Positions 1-10,729 of a stretch of 64,000 bases of DNA are shown here, piece by piece. Location: positions 67,890,001 to 67,954,000 of the forward strand of contig NC_079167.1 of assembly GCF_947568905.1 (NCBI RefSeq). Reading direction: 5' to 3'. The position numbers and the translations under genes are program-made. The notes beneath the pieces are model-generated. The model did no database searches. It saw nothing but the letters and a program-made list of their open reading frames with translations, and was not told the DNA's origin. Origin of the DNA: Ostrea edulis (Eukaryota). Positions within the stretch are counted from its first letter, which is position 1; every line of letters begins with the position of its first letter.

Positions 1-689
1 GTCCAGTTTTGAGCTTTACTATTTTGATGCGGAATCATTTAAATGTTTGTTATAAGTAAAAAATAGCACACAAATCCAAATACGTAAATGAATGTGATTA
101 AAACCGCATGGACTGTCTAAAGTATTATACAGGAGGGATCCCTGGTATAGTATTACTAGTATAATAAATAAGATTCCCTTGGTTTTGCATTTTCACGTGT
201 TTCACTTTTTTACATTAGGTTTTTCGGTCTGACAAAATTTGGTTCGGTCCGGTGTGTTCATTGATTACACAGGACCGAATGTCCTGTGTGGTCCAAAAAA
301 CTTTCGCATAGACTGAAACAATGCATCAGAATTACATACATATAGTAAATAAAACCAAAGGACATATTTACCATGAATTGAGACACAGTGACATACATAT
401 ATGCGTTTAGGATAAATTTTACATTGAACAAATTTATATAACAGCTGGAGGGAAAGGAACCATTGCATAACATCGAATTCAAGAAAACAACTGGAGATAG
501 CTTGTTTAAAATGTGGATTTATCGATATAAAGTTATGAAAATAAAACTACCTTATCTGGGGTACAATTGCAACTTTTACCAAGAGGCCAATTTTTGAAAG
601 TCTTGAGTCTTTCATGCGGTAAATACAGCATGTAGCTGCCGAAGTAGTCAGCCATTTCTGTTTTTATTCGAATTTCCCTCTCAACAGTA

Positions 690-755
690 ACTGCACTTCC
701 GGCAATAAATGGAATAGGATAAACCTAGGAATGTCGATTCTTTTACTATGTAAGT
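690..755 (+). promoter_or_regulatory. Candidate promoter/first non-coding exon of the zinc-finger gene
   Basis: ETS-type ACTTCCGG at about 695-702 followed by a GTAAGT donor at about 750; a matching acceptor TTATTTTCAG ends at 4891, just upstream of the ZNF ATG. Linking the two is inference. Confidence 0.35.
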
Positions 756-2102
756 AAATGATACTGTTTCTATCTTTGCGTTTTTATAACTTTAGCACCA
801 TTTTAAGATAAATTTAGAAAATAAAGATAAAATCAATATTTTGATATATATAAACTTACAAAAATACCATATGTATAATGTATAGGCAATTATTTTCCGG
901 AAATCTCTGCTATATCGTTTTAGGTTCCACTTTTAGCTTTTCACTCTGACGCCATATTCCATATTGTGGAAGAGGGAACTAGTCCACATCAAGAACCAAC
1001 TCATAGGTTTCCCTCTGTCAATCATCATGAGTTTACGAAAGGTAACTTTGTACTTTGAATACAAAAGATCATAATGATGACACTTAAAACAAAGTTTAAA
1101 ATATAGCCCACCAAAATCGAAATTAGAGGACACTTCAAGGTAATGCCCCTGAAGCTGGTCCGGCCTACTCTGAAGATCTATCATAACTTGGCTGGTGAAG
1201 TTGGTGGCAGATCTTTTAGATACTTTTGTAATAAAACTGTATCTTGTATCAGCCAAACTGTTGTATATTTTTATTTTCAATTTTATTATAAATTCGCCAG
1301 TGTGGACTTGCAGATTAAGAGGGGTGAGGTGTACAATAGCACAGCACACTTGTCATTTGAGGACATAAAATTGATTTTCAACAGAATTTTTATCCAATTA
1401 GTTATAGTAGAATATATATTTTTAGTTCATTATCAAAACTCCTGTTACAGATTTTAATTCATTGACAAAATATGCATTTTTATTGGTCATCCTACTGTGT
1501 AGTCTGAAATATCTGACTTTTACCTGGCTTTTTTATGATTTTGATATTTACTGTGCCAGGAAAACGTCAGAACCGGTGCCATTACATTAACTGGAAATTT
1601 CGTCACCTCCAGTTGGAGGAGACATTCTTGGACCGATTTAAATTTTAAATTACTTGCGAGCCGAATTCAATGCGCGGCTTAGTTAAGGCTTTCCCCATAA
1701 ATACCAGTGCTGTAAAAAATGTACTTTACCGCACTGGCACATTACATGACGTCACAATGAAAAATACATCATGACAAAGGTCATGACATACATATCTACA
1801 TTCCTTTTGCGGTTGGAAATGTCAAAATATTTTTTCGTTATTTACCACCGCTGTCAAACGATAATCCGCAATCGTATAAAAGTTTCTGTCAAATGGGTTA
1901 TATTAATTCTCTTTGATATTGAAATAGTTTCAATTTCTTCTTTATATAACATACACGCTAAAGTAATATCCATATTATATTGTGATCTTGATATCGCCCC
2001 TAATCTGCACGTATAGTGACTTTCACAAGGGACTCATTTGCATAAACAGGGTTTCCGTACATACAAATTTTATCATCGGCACAACACCCCGAGGTTTTTG
2101 AG

Positions 2103-2990
2103 CAGGGTTGGGTGGTTAAAACCGCCCCCGGTTTTAACCAGCGGTTTTAACCGTCCCAGTCAATACTCCCTAAGTGGTCAATACTGGTCAATTGAGATTT
2201 AAACTGTCCATTTTCCTATTTTTGTACATTTTTTGCAAAGATAAATTAAGTCTTTTCATTATAATATATGGATCAATTGATTATCAATAATTTTCATTAG
2301 ATAATTAGATGTAATTTCATAAGTTTAATATATTTGGTTTGCTGAAACTGTGATCATAATATCTTCAGAACTGTAAACGAGGGTCACATAGAGCATAACT
2401 GGACAATAGGATCTGCTTATACATGTACCTGGACAGATTAAGAATAACAGGTAGCTGAACATTAAGTAAACACAGTGATTTAATATGAATTGGGTGACAG
2501 GTGCTGTAGTTAAACAATTTGTTGCAATGTACAGAGCAGGAGATGTACCTGAGCACAGGAAACAGGGTTGACAGGTGTTAATTAGCATACTCTGGGACCA
2601 GAGAGGACCAGTGTACATGTTATTGTTATGAAAACATCACCAACACACCCCCTCAAATGATTATTTAACAGTTAAATGAAGATTTGAAACAATTGGTAGT
2701 TCTTGATAAACTAAAGAATTTGAACAGAAATAGAAAACACTTTCCACATCATACTATCTATGGCTTCAACAAAACATAGTTTAGGAAATACCACAATTTT
2801 CCTCTCACATTCACTTCTTGACCTGCTAAGAGACACAATCATGAAGCCTAGAGATCCTATTTGGAATTTCTATGATATTGTTGAGGACAAGAAGACCACA
2901 GCAAGATGTAAAGACTGCAATGCTGTTGTCAGTGCCAAAGTAATACAAACCAAAAATGCACATGCAGCTTCAAATGATTTCACTTGTTGA
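2103..2990 (+). mobile_element. Degraded hAT-like DNA transposon 5' portion with BED zinc-finger remnant
   Basis: Terminus CAGGGTTGGG at 2103 with repeated GGTTTTAACC/GGTTAAAACC subterminal motifs; 2841 onward reads MKPRDPIWNFYDIVEDKKTTARCKDCNAVVSAK (W-x-F ... C-x2-C of a BED finger), with the His recoverable only after a frameshift. No right terminus found. Confidence 0.6.
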
Positions 2991-3183
2991 TGCAGTCATG
3001 TTAGGTAGATAGTCAGTACGAACTCTGTTGATTACTGTCTATTTATAATTCCAATACTAGGTAAGTAGTCAGTATCATAAATATGAATAATTACTATGAA
3101 AGGGGGGGGGGATATGCAAATTTCCTCTAGACCTAAAATAAGCTCTTGTGTGTTGAAAAGTAATTCTGGTATGTTATAAAAGT

Positions 3184-3590
3184 TAGGGCTGAAACGATAT
3201 GCAACCATCACGATATGATACATATTTCAATACTTATGCCACGATTCACAACGATACAATTTACAGAAGAAACCAATAATAAAATTTAATTACCAAAATT
3301 TAAAATCATGATTTTAAAAGCAAAGTGTTGCTAAACGGTAAGATGCCTGTTGACTCTGTAGTTTAAACTGATAAAGTTCATTATTATTTTCGTCAGACTC
3401 AAGGCAAACAACAATATGAACATTATTCGACATTATTTTGTCTCTCATGCAGGTAAAAATAATAAGTACAGGCAGAGCCTGATGTATTTTACTGAACCCG
3501 TTTGTAATAAAGATATCGAACTGAAAATCGAGGCATTGAATCAAGCATTTGTATTGAACAGTGTCAATATTTCGGTGAATTGTTTCAGCC
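3184..3590. mobile_element. Old MITE (hAT-like termini)
   Basis: TAGGGCTGAAACGAT at 3184-3198 and its imperfect inverse ATTGTTTCAGCC at 3579-3590, with ACGATA/TATCG-type subterminal motifs. Confidence 0.5.
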
Positions 3591-4902
3591 TGATCTGGTC
3601 CCCGCCCAGCTACTCCATTTTCAGTAGTGAAGTATAAGTATGGAGTGGCAGGAATGGAGACCAGACTGATGAAAACAGTAAATGAAAGTTTGAATCCTTC
3701 AGAAATTCAGTATGACAAAAACCAAAGTTCACATATAGTTTTCATCAAGACATCCACCCTTAAAACTAAATTTTTTATGATGAATGTTGATTCATATCGA
3801 TTATCAAGTTCTGCATGTAATAACACTCAATTTACCTTGTCTCCTGCTTAGTCACAAATGAAAGTGTCTTGTAGTTTGGGATGTCACTTAAAAAGTTACT
3901 CCTGTCCCAGCCATACTGTTGGAGTATATATTTGTCATGCTTTTTTGCATGCTGTCCATGTCAACTTATAGATATCAATTGTCTGTTTTCATGTAAATTG
4001 TTGTGAGCTCAAAATTTTGTAGACTAAGGCAATTGAATTTTGGTGGGGAAAATGATCTTGATCCATAAGCAAAATTTTGTTAACTTTTATCAACAGGGTT
4101 TTAAAGGAAAACTTTCAGTGTGCTATGACAATACTTGTAGCAATTGCAGCATAACAGTTAGATCAGAGAACCAAGCTCCATGAGCTCGCTGTGTCAATTT
4201 TTAGTTCAGGAAAATGGGTCACCCAGTTTCTGTAATCTTACTATGTCAAAGGCTTTCTTAAAAACACTTGGTATGGACAGGGAAAGTAAAGATTTCTCAT
4301 CACTTCACCAACTGCATGATGATGCATATCACCAGTTTTTCCTTGCCACAAAGTTATAAGGCTACAAACACATGTTATTCTACACCTTTAGAATATATAT
4401 GTAAATATGGACAACGTAGTTTTTACATCAAACTTGACAAAGTTTTAAAAGCTTTGGCTATAAGTTATAACTTTATATGTACAGGAAGACTCCTCTAACA
4501 GCTTGGATACACTTTAATGTTGAGGATATTGCAATCCTTGGTGAAGTGAGATTAAATCAAACACATTGATCTTGCATGACAGACTGTCATAAAAAAAATA
4601 AAACCTGTTCATATTGTACAACCACATTCATGTATATATCAATGATTGATATTTTGTAGTTGCTAAAAGCGTGCTGAATTGATAAAAATTAAAATGAAAA
4701 TAGTCTTTATGAAGGTTAAATAAACATACTGATTCAGAATTGAGAAAAATCAACATAAAAATAATATTACTACCCAGAATCAGCTTATTGGAGAAAGAAA
4801 CAAATTGAAATAAAGATTACTATGGAGGTATACAAAATAATGATTGTAGTTCTTGATTTGTAATGAAAACAAATGTTTTGCTTATTTTCAGGGAAGCAGA
4901 CA

Positions 4903-4959
4903 ATGAATTGGGCACAGAATGGCGTAGAAATCCCCTATTTACACATGTATATGTGGTAG
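4903..4959 (+). promoter_or_regulatory. 18-codon upstream ORF in the ZNF 5' UTR exon
   Basis: ATG 4903 to TAG 4959 lies between the acceptor at 4891 and the main ATG at 4989. Confidence 0.4.
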
Positions 4960-4988
4960 TGCGGAGTGGGAGGAAGACATAAGCCAAG

Positions 4989-7900
4989 ATGATTTTCATC
5001 GACAATAACAACGTTAAGTATGAGGTCTGTCAGATCACTGTAACAGATGATAGCGAAGTGGAATTTACAGTCGAGAACCAGCCAAGCAAACGTGTGGTAG
5101 AGCAGACGCCATGTAAGTTTACTCCACTACATTCAGATCCCACAGAACAAGTACAGATACTGCCAGTCGAGCCGGGCGAGCATCGGAAATGTTCAATGTG
5201 TGAAAAACGTTTCACTGACACAGAATCATTGGAAAAGCATATGGGTTTACACACTTATGGGAGGGGAAATAACTGTGAAATTTGCGGGAAGTCCTTCAGT
5301 GCTAAATCCTTTTTGAAAGTGCACATGATGGTTCACACTGGGGAGAGACCTTTTACATGTGATATCTGCCACAAGGGTTTTTCTCGAAGCTCCAACCTCA
5401 AGGCTCATCGTCTGACCCACACCAATGAAAAGCCTTTTAAATGTGACATCTGTGACAAGGTTTTCACTCACCCCTCGAACATGAAGAAGCACATAAAGTC
5501 TCAACACACAGAAGGGAGGCCTTACAAGTGTGAATACTGCGATAAGAGCTACAAATTATCCAAGCATTTAAGGAGGCACATTATGGTTCATGATCAAGAT
5601 AACAAAAATAAAGTTCAGTACGTCTGCGAGGAGTGTGATCAAACATTTTCATCACTTGAAGCAGCTATAAAGCACAAAGAACAGCAGCATGAGGCTGGTG
5701 TTCCTGCAAATGACATGCAAGAGTTCGTTGTTGAAGAACTTGTTTCAGATGTGAATGGTGCCTTTTCATTGAAGAAAGATATTAAAATTCCACCCCAGGC
5801 TAAAATGCCTACAAATTCTTTATCTAAAGGGACAGGGAATATGAGGATAAAGTGTGATCACTGTACGAAAAGATTTCAAAATCAGGTAGACTTGGATAAG
5901 CATATGACACTGCATACAGGAGAGCGACCTTTCAAATGTTCCATTTGTAACAAAGGCTTCAATGCAAAATCATTTCTGAAAGTCCACATGGTGACACACT
6001 CAAATGAAAAACCGTATGAATGTGAAGTATGTGGGAAAGGTTTCAACCGACCCTCAAATCTGAAGGCTCATCGAGTTACTCATGATATCAACCCCAAACC
6101 ATACCCTTGCAATATATGTGGGAAAATGTTTTCACATCCATCTAATGTCACAAAGCATATCACAATTCACACAGATGAAAGGCCTTACCAGTGTGAATAT
6201 TGTGATAAAAATTTCAGACAATCCAAGCATCTATCACGACACATGCTTATCCACACTTCTGCACCAGGTTCACTTCGATGTGCTCGGTGTGAGAAAAGAT
6301 TCTTGGATGAAGACCAGTACCTTCAACACAAGAGAGAGCATGAGCAGAAAAGTCAGTTCAAATGCGAGTTTTGCGAAAGAACTTTTTTCCGTTCATCACA
6401 TCTAAAAAGACATGTACTAACTCATACCCATGGTCGAGCAAATTCCTGTGATTATTGTGGAAAACCTTTTAATTCCATGGCGAATCTTAGGAGGCATCTG
6501 ATGATAAATCATAAGAAAGATACCAAATATCAGTGCCAAGTCTGTCATCAGTTGATTTTGCAACCATCTCATCTAGCAAAGCATATCAAAGAGCACCAGT
6601 GCCCAGTTGTTTCAGTGAAGGAAGGGGAGAAAATTTTCCCCGAAGAAACTAATCAAGATGAGAGAGCTTATAAATGCTACCTTTGTAAGAAGATGTTCAA
6701 ACAACATATCCTACTTAAGAAACACCTCCAGGTCCACAATAAGATTCTTTACAAATGTGGAGCATGTGACAAACTTTATTCTTCCATGGCCGCCCTGAGA
6801 AAGCACATTGTTGTACATACTAGTGACGGTCCATTTAAATGCAACATGTGCTCAATAGAATTTGAGCAGTATTCCGAGTTAACAGAGCATCATCAAAAAT
6901 GTCATGCAGCTAGTAAAGATGAAAGAAAATATGTATGTGAAGTTTGTGGAAAGAGATTCAGATATCGACTGTCTGTTCGGAAGCACATGGAGCTGCATAA
7001 TATGGAAGAAGACAAAACTGCAATGTTTCAATGTGACGTTTGCACAAAAAAATTTCGTCACATTTCTTCACTTTCACGCCACAAGAAAAGTCACGAGCTA
7101 CAAACATTTGAGATGAAGGGAGATGGAGGTGTGTCCCAGACAATACATTATGTGTTGGAACAAGGTGTCCCCATCTCCAATGAAATGGAGCTGCAGAACC
7201 AGACAATACAATTAATACCAAATGATGAAGTTCCTGGAGAGGTAGCTGAAATTGAAATCCCAGCCAATGCAGTTCCATACATCACTGAAGAAGGAGGACA
7301 GCAAGTATTGCACATTGCCATTAATGACACAGAAAACCAGAAATCAACACAGTCAGTGATGTCAAATGATGCAGGAAATGAATTATCAGGGGTTAAAACT
7401 AACAACAGTCATACAACAGGTTTACAGACGTCCACGACAGGGACTGCTGGTAAGGCAGAGTATCAAGTTGTGGCATCAGGTGATGGAAAAACAGAATACC
7501 AGATTATTGAGACTGACAATTGTGGGAACTCAGGGGTGCTTGTTGTATCAACGGACAAAAGTCAGGTTGCCAGTAACAACAAAACAGACACGGGTATGCA
7601 TGTTTCTGTGACGGAGAGCAGAGCAGTAAGTGAAGTGTCGGGAAAATTTCAAGTTGTAGCCCCCAACTCAAAGAATGCCGAAGTGCTTGTTCATACAGCT
7701 GCAGGCAAAAAATTTCATGAAGGATCAGAAACTGTTTCAAATGGGAACACTCAAACTATGACAGAAGTGCAACAAATTGAAGAGAAACTAGAAACTGTGA
7801 CATATTTGAATTTCAGTGAAGGACAAGTGGACAAGAATTCATTTGATGACATTTCCTTTGTGGTGTCCAGTGATGAATCTGGAAAGCAGTATTTCCAAGT

Positions 7901-8246
7901 TCCATCAGAAATCCTCGGCAAAGCTTTCAATCTTCAGGCTTTGCATGCTTCAGGAGAGCCACTAAAGATTCAAACTGAACAAAGTGCCACTGGGAAATCT
8001 GGCAATAGTGCATCTGTGGAAAATGTCAAGATTATATATGCAGATACCCCTGCAGTAAGCCAAATTTCCTATGACGGTGAGTACATCCAGCTTATCGAAG
8101 GAGCTGAGAATTCCGAGATAGGGGAAGGGGTTGACCATCTTGCAGAAACTATTGTTGTCTTGGAGTCGCCCTCCAATATTTCCAATACTGACCATTCCTA
8201 TGTTAACACTTGTGAAACTAATGTTAAATCTGGACCAGACAAGTGA
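4989..8246 (+). CDS. C2H2 zinc-finger transcription factor, 1085 aa, 20 fingers plus a long acidic C-terminal region; single coding exon
   Basis: Uninterrupted ORF; 20 C-x2-C-x12-H-x3/4-H motifs counted, with TGERPF/TNEKPF linkers; fingers end near aa 700, followed by an E/S/T/Q/V-rich tail. Confidence 0.95.
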   Translation: MIFIDNNNVKYEVCQITVTDDSEVEFTVENQPSKRVVEQTPCKFTPLHSDPTEQVQILPVEPGEHRKCSMCEKRFTDTESLEKHMGLHTYGRGNNCEICGKSFSAKSFLKVHMMVHTGERPFTCDICHKGFSRSSNLKAHRLTHTNEKPFKCDICDKVFTHPSNMKKHIKSQHTEGRPYKCEYCDKSYKLSKHLRRHIMVHDQDNKNKVQYVCEECDQTFSSLEAAIKHKEQQHEAGVPANDMQEFVVEELVSDVNGAFSLKKDIKIPPQAKMPTNSLSKGTGNMRIKCDHCTKRFQNQVDLDKHMTLHTGERPFKCSICNKGFNAKSFLKVHMVTHSNEKPYECEVCGKGFNRPSNLKAHRVTHDINPKPYPCNICGKMFSHPSNVTKHITIHTDERPYQCEYCDKNFRQSKHLSRHMLIHTSAPGSLRCARCEKRFLDEDQYLQHKREHEQKSQFKCEFCERTFFRSSHLKRHVLTHTHGRANSCDYCGKPFNSMANLRRHLMINHKKDTKYQCQVCHQLILQPSHLAKHIKEHQCPVVSVKEGEKIFPEETNQDERAYKCYLCKKMFKQHILLKKHLQVHNKILYKCGACDKLYSSMAALRKHIVVHTSDGPFKCNMCSIEFEQYSELTEHHQKCHAASKDERKYVCEVCGKRFRYRLSVRKHMELHNMEEDKTAMFQCDVCTKKFRHISSLSRHKKSHELQTFEMKGDGGVSQTIHYVLEQGVPISNEMELQNQTIQLIPNDEVPGEVAEIEIPANAVPYITEEGGQQVLHIAINDTENQKSTQSVMSNDAGNELSGVKTNNSHTTGLQTSTTGTAGKAEYQVVASGDGKTEYQIIETDNCGNSGVLVVSTDKSQVASNNKTDTGMHVSVTESRAVSEVSGKFQVVAPNSKNAEVLVHTAAGKKFHEGSETVSNGNTQTMTEVQQIEEKLETVTYLNFSEGQVDKNSFDDISFVVSSDESGKQYFQVPSEILGKAFNLQALHASGEPLKIQTEQSATGKSGNSASVENVKIIYADTPAVSQISYDGEYIQLIEGAENSEIGEGVDHLAETIVVLESPSNISNTDHSYVNTCETNVKSGPDK

Positions 8247-8634
8247 TCCAGTATGATGTACTTAAGATTAAGAGTTCCTAAATGTTTATTATTCTTTTCA
8301 AAGGTAAGCATGTTTTGTATTATGTTATACATTCTCAGTGTATCAAAATCACAGAAGTTTTTTTTGTATGCTTGCTAAAGGCTTTATTCTTATTTAGAAT
8401 TTTTGTCTGACCAGACATTACACGTGATGGAGTAGGGTCAAAATGCATCAAATGAATGCTGTTATATGAATGCAGTTTAACAGTTCACTTTTTATAAACC
8501 AGTATTTCAGATGTTTATCAATGATGCAACTTTTTGTAAGTGACCTAAATTAATAGTGGTAAATGGTTGTATATAGTACATTTATTATGACTGGGGTAAA
8601 TTACTGTATCATGTGAGTAATTTTTCTGCATTTT

Positions 8635-8870
8635 GGGGGTAAAATTATTGTATTTATGTGGATAAAATTACTGTAATGTGTGGATAAAATTATTGTAATA
8701 TCTGGATAAAATTATATTGTAATATGTGGATAAACTTATATTGTAATATGTGGATAAAATTACTGTAATCTACAGATAAAACTGTTGCAATATGTGGATA
8801 AAATTACTGTAATATGGGAATAAAGTTATGGTACTTATGTGGGTAAATTCGTCGCATTATATGGGTAAAA
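8635..8870. repeat. Degenerate ~22-bp tandem repeat in the ZNF 3' UTR
   Basis: Roughly 10 imperfect copies of TGTGGATAAAATTACTGTAATA. Confidence 0.7.
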
Positions 8871-9166
8871 ACTACATTATCCCATGGTGGAAAAGTTGTA
8901 CGATGTATGAGTTTGTGTATTGTTACACCTTTGAAAAACATTTATATTCTATAACACTGTCCTTGGATTGCATGAATACTGCTTTACTGTATCTGATCAC
9001 CATTTAGATTTGTGATTTTTTATTATCATAATTTGTTTAAGTGGGAATACTGATTTATATTTGTATTATTTATTACTTTTGAGCTCGTAAAGTGAAATTC
9101 ACTTTGATTTTCCTGTTGTTTCCTTCCGTGCCTTGCATTATTAATGAGGACTAATCTCTGCTACCG

Positions 9167-9176
9167 AATAAATAAA
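9167..9176 (+). terminator. Polyadenylation signal (overlapping AATAAA x2) of the ZNF gene
   Basis: AATAAATAAA about 920 nt after the stop, followed by T/GT-rich sequence. Confidence 0.55.
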
Positions 9177-9259
9177 TGCTTGCACATATTGTGATTTTCT
9201 GATTGTTGATAATTATCTACTGAACTGGAGGTTTTGACTACCAATAATTTATTCTCTCT

Positions 9260-9435
9260 GCCATTGAAAGTTGTCAGTACAGTTTCAGGTCACCAGAGTC
9301 ACTCGGATGACCTATCTGCCATTGAAAGGTGTCCGTACAGTTTCAGGTCACCAGAGTCACTCAGATGACCTATCTGCCATTGAAAGGTGTCCGTACAGTT
9401 TCAGGTCACCAGAGTCACTCGGATGACCTATCTGC
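9260..9435. repeat. 58-bp tandem repeat, 3 copies
   Basis: Units start at 9260, 9318 and 9376 (GCCATTGAAAGGTGTCCGTACAGTTTCAGGTCACCAGAGTCACTCAGATGACCTATCT). Confidence 0.95.
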
Positions 9436-9915
9436 TTTTGCCTGTGGTCCATTGTCGTGCGTCAGTATTAAAACTTTTGAACATTTTCAGCTTCTTCTCT
9501 GGAACAGCTAAACCAATTTTGGTATATACATCTACTTGTACAAGTCAAAGGAAACAAAAATTGTGGTGTATAACATGTACAGGTCAAGGGAAACAAATGG
9601 TTCATGCTCAAGGGTGGGGTTCATCTGGTCATGTATTGAAAAATGCAAATGTATCATGGAAAACCTTTACCTCTGGACATCATTATGGCATGATTATAAA
9701 GAGCCCTACACCAAAACTTTGAAATTCATTACCCCTGGGCTTGGGGAACATGTCCCAGGGTGGGGCCACGTTAGTCATACATTAAAAACGACTTAGATAA
9801 TTAGATAGTAAATAATAATCTTCAAAAATTTTTACTTCTGGAAATCACCTTTCACTAAACAGTCAAACTGTTAGTATGGTTATAATGATCCTTTACCAAA
9901 ACTGACATTCAGTAA

Positions 9916-10214
9916 GGGTTAATGTACGAGTATCGCTCCATTCCTTAAAAGTAATAGACCGAGGCCCCGAAGGGGCCGAGGTTCATTGCTTTTAAGGAAT
10001 GGAGTGATACGAGTACATTGACCCACTTAAAATCCACTGTAAACATTAATAAAAACTCAACTTTGTGCATTTTAATCATGTCTTACGTTTTTCATTCTTT
10101 TGTTGCATGCATTTATATCTACTTGTATAAAGGTTGACCTACTTTCCGAACACTCCATTCCTGAAAAATAATGGAGTGTTCGAACAAAAGAATGACGTCA
10201 TAGGTGGATTTTAA
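9916..10214. mobile_element. Palindromic (foldback) non-autonomous element, class undetermined
   Basis: 109-nt hairpin 9916-10024 centred on GAA at 9969-9971; second hairpin 10147-10182 sharing CTCCATT; segment 10031-10210 bounded by AATCCAC...GTGGATT and flanked by TTAA on both sides. Confidence 0.65.
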
Positions 10215-10729
10215 TTACTTCTGGGCTCCTGTCAAGTTAGTCATATATTAAAAAATGCTTATATTTGAGAAAATCTTGTTTACTTCTTGACTTCAAGTTG
10301 TTGGCATGATTATGTTGAACTTTGTACAAAAACAGAATCCAGCATGACCCCTAGGTTCAGACCCTAAGGTGGGACTGAGTCGTGTATTGAAGATGCATTA
10401 TATCTTATAAAAAAAATCTTTAAAAAAAAAAAAAATTCTGGACATCAAGGAGGCAAAATGTTTCCATGATTTTAGTGGGCAATGAACTCCCTACCAAAAT
10501 TGTGAAATTCATTACCCAGTGTTGGGCATGATAAGTCAAAGACAATATGTATGGAAAATGCAACTGATGATCTTCTTTACTACTGAGCATCAAGTCGAAA
10601 AACTTTAATTATAATGAGCAATGTGAAATTAATTGCATTAGGTGGGGCTTAGTTGCGAATGTAATGTTAAAAATGTAATATATTGTTGTCGGTTCCTTTT
10701 TATTTCCGTGCAGAATTACGGTTAAGGGC

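Noticed and set aside
933-1457. Overlapping 138-aa and 104-aa ORFs on opposite strands
   Set aside because: No recognisable motif, no convincing splice context, and they lie in the probable ZNF 5' intron.
5030-8195. Minus-strand and alternative-frame ORFs over the ZNF gene
   Set aside because: Shadow ORFs of the 1085-aa coding frame.
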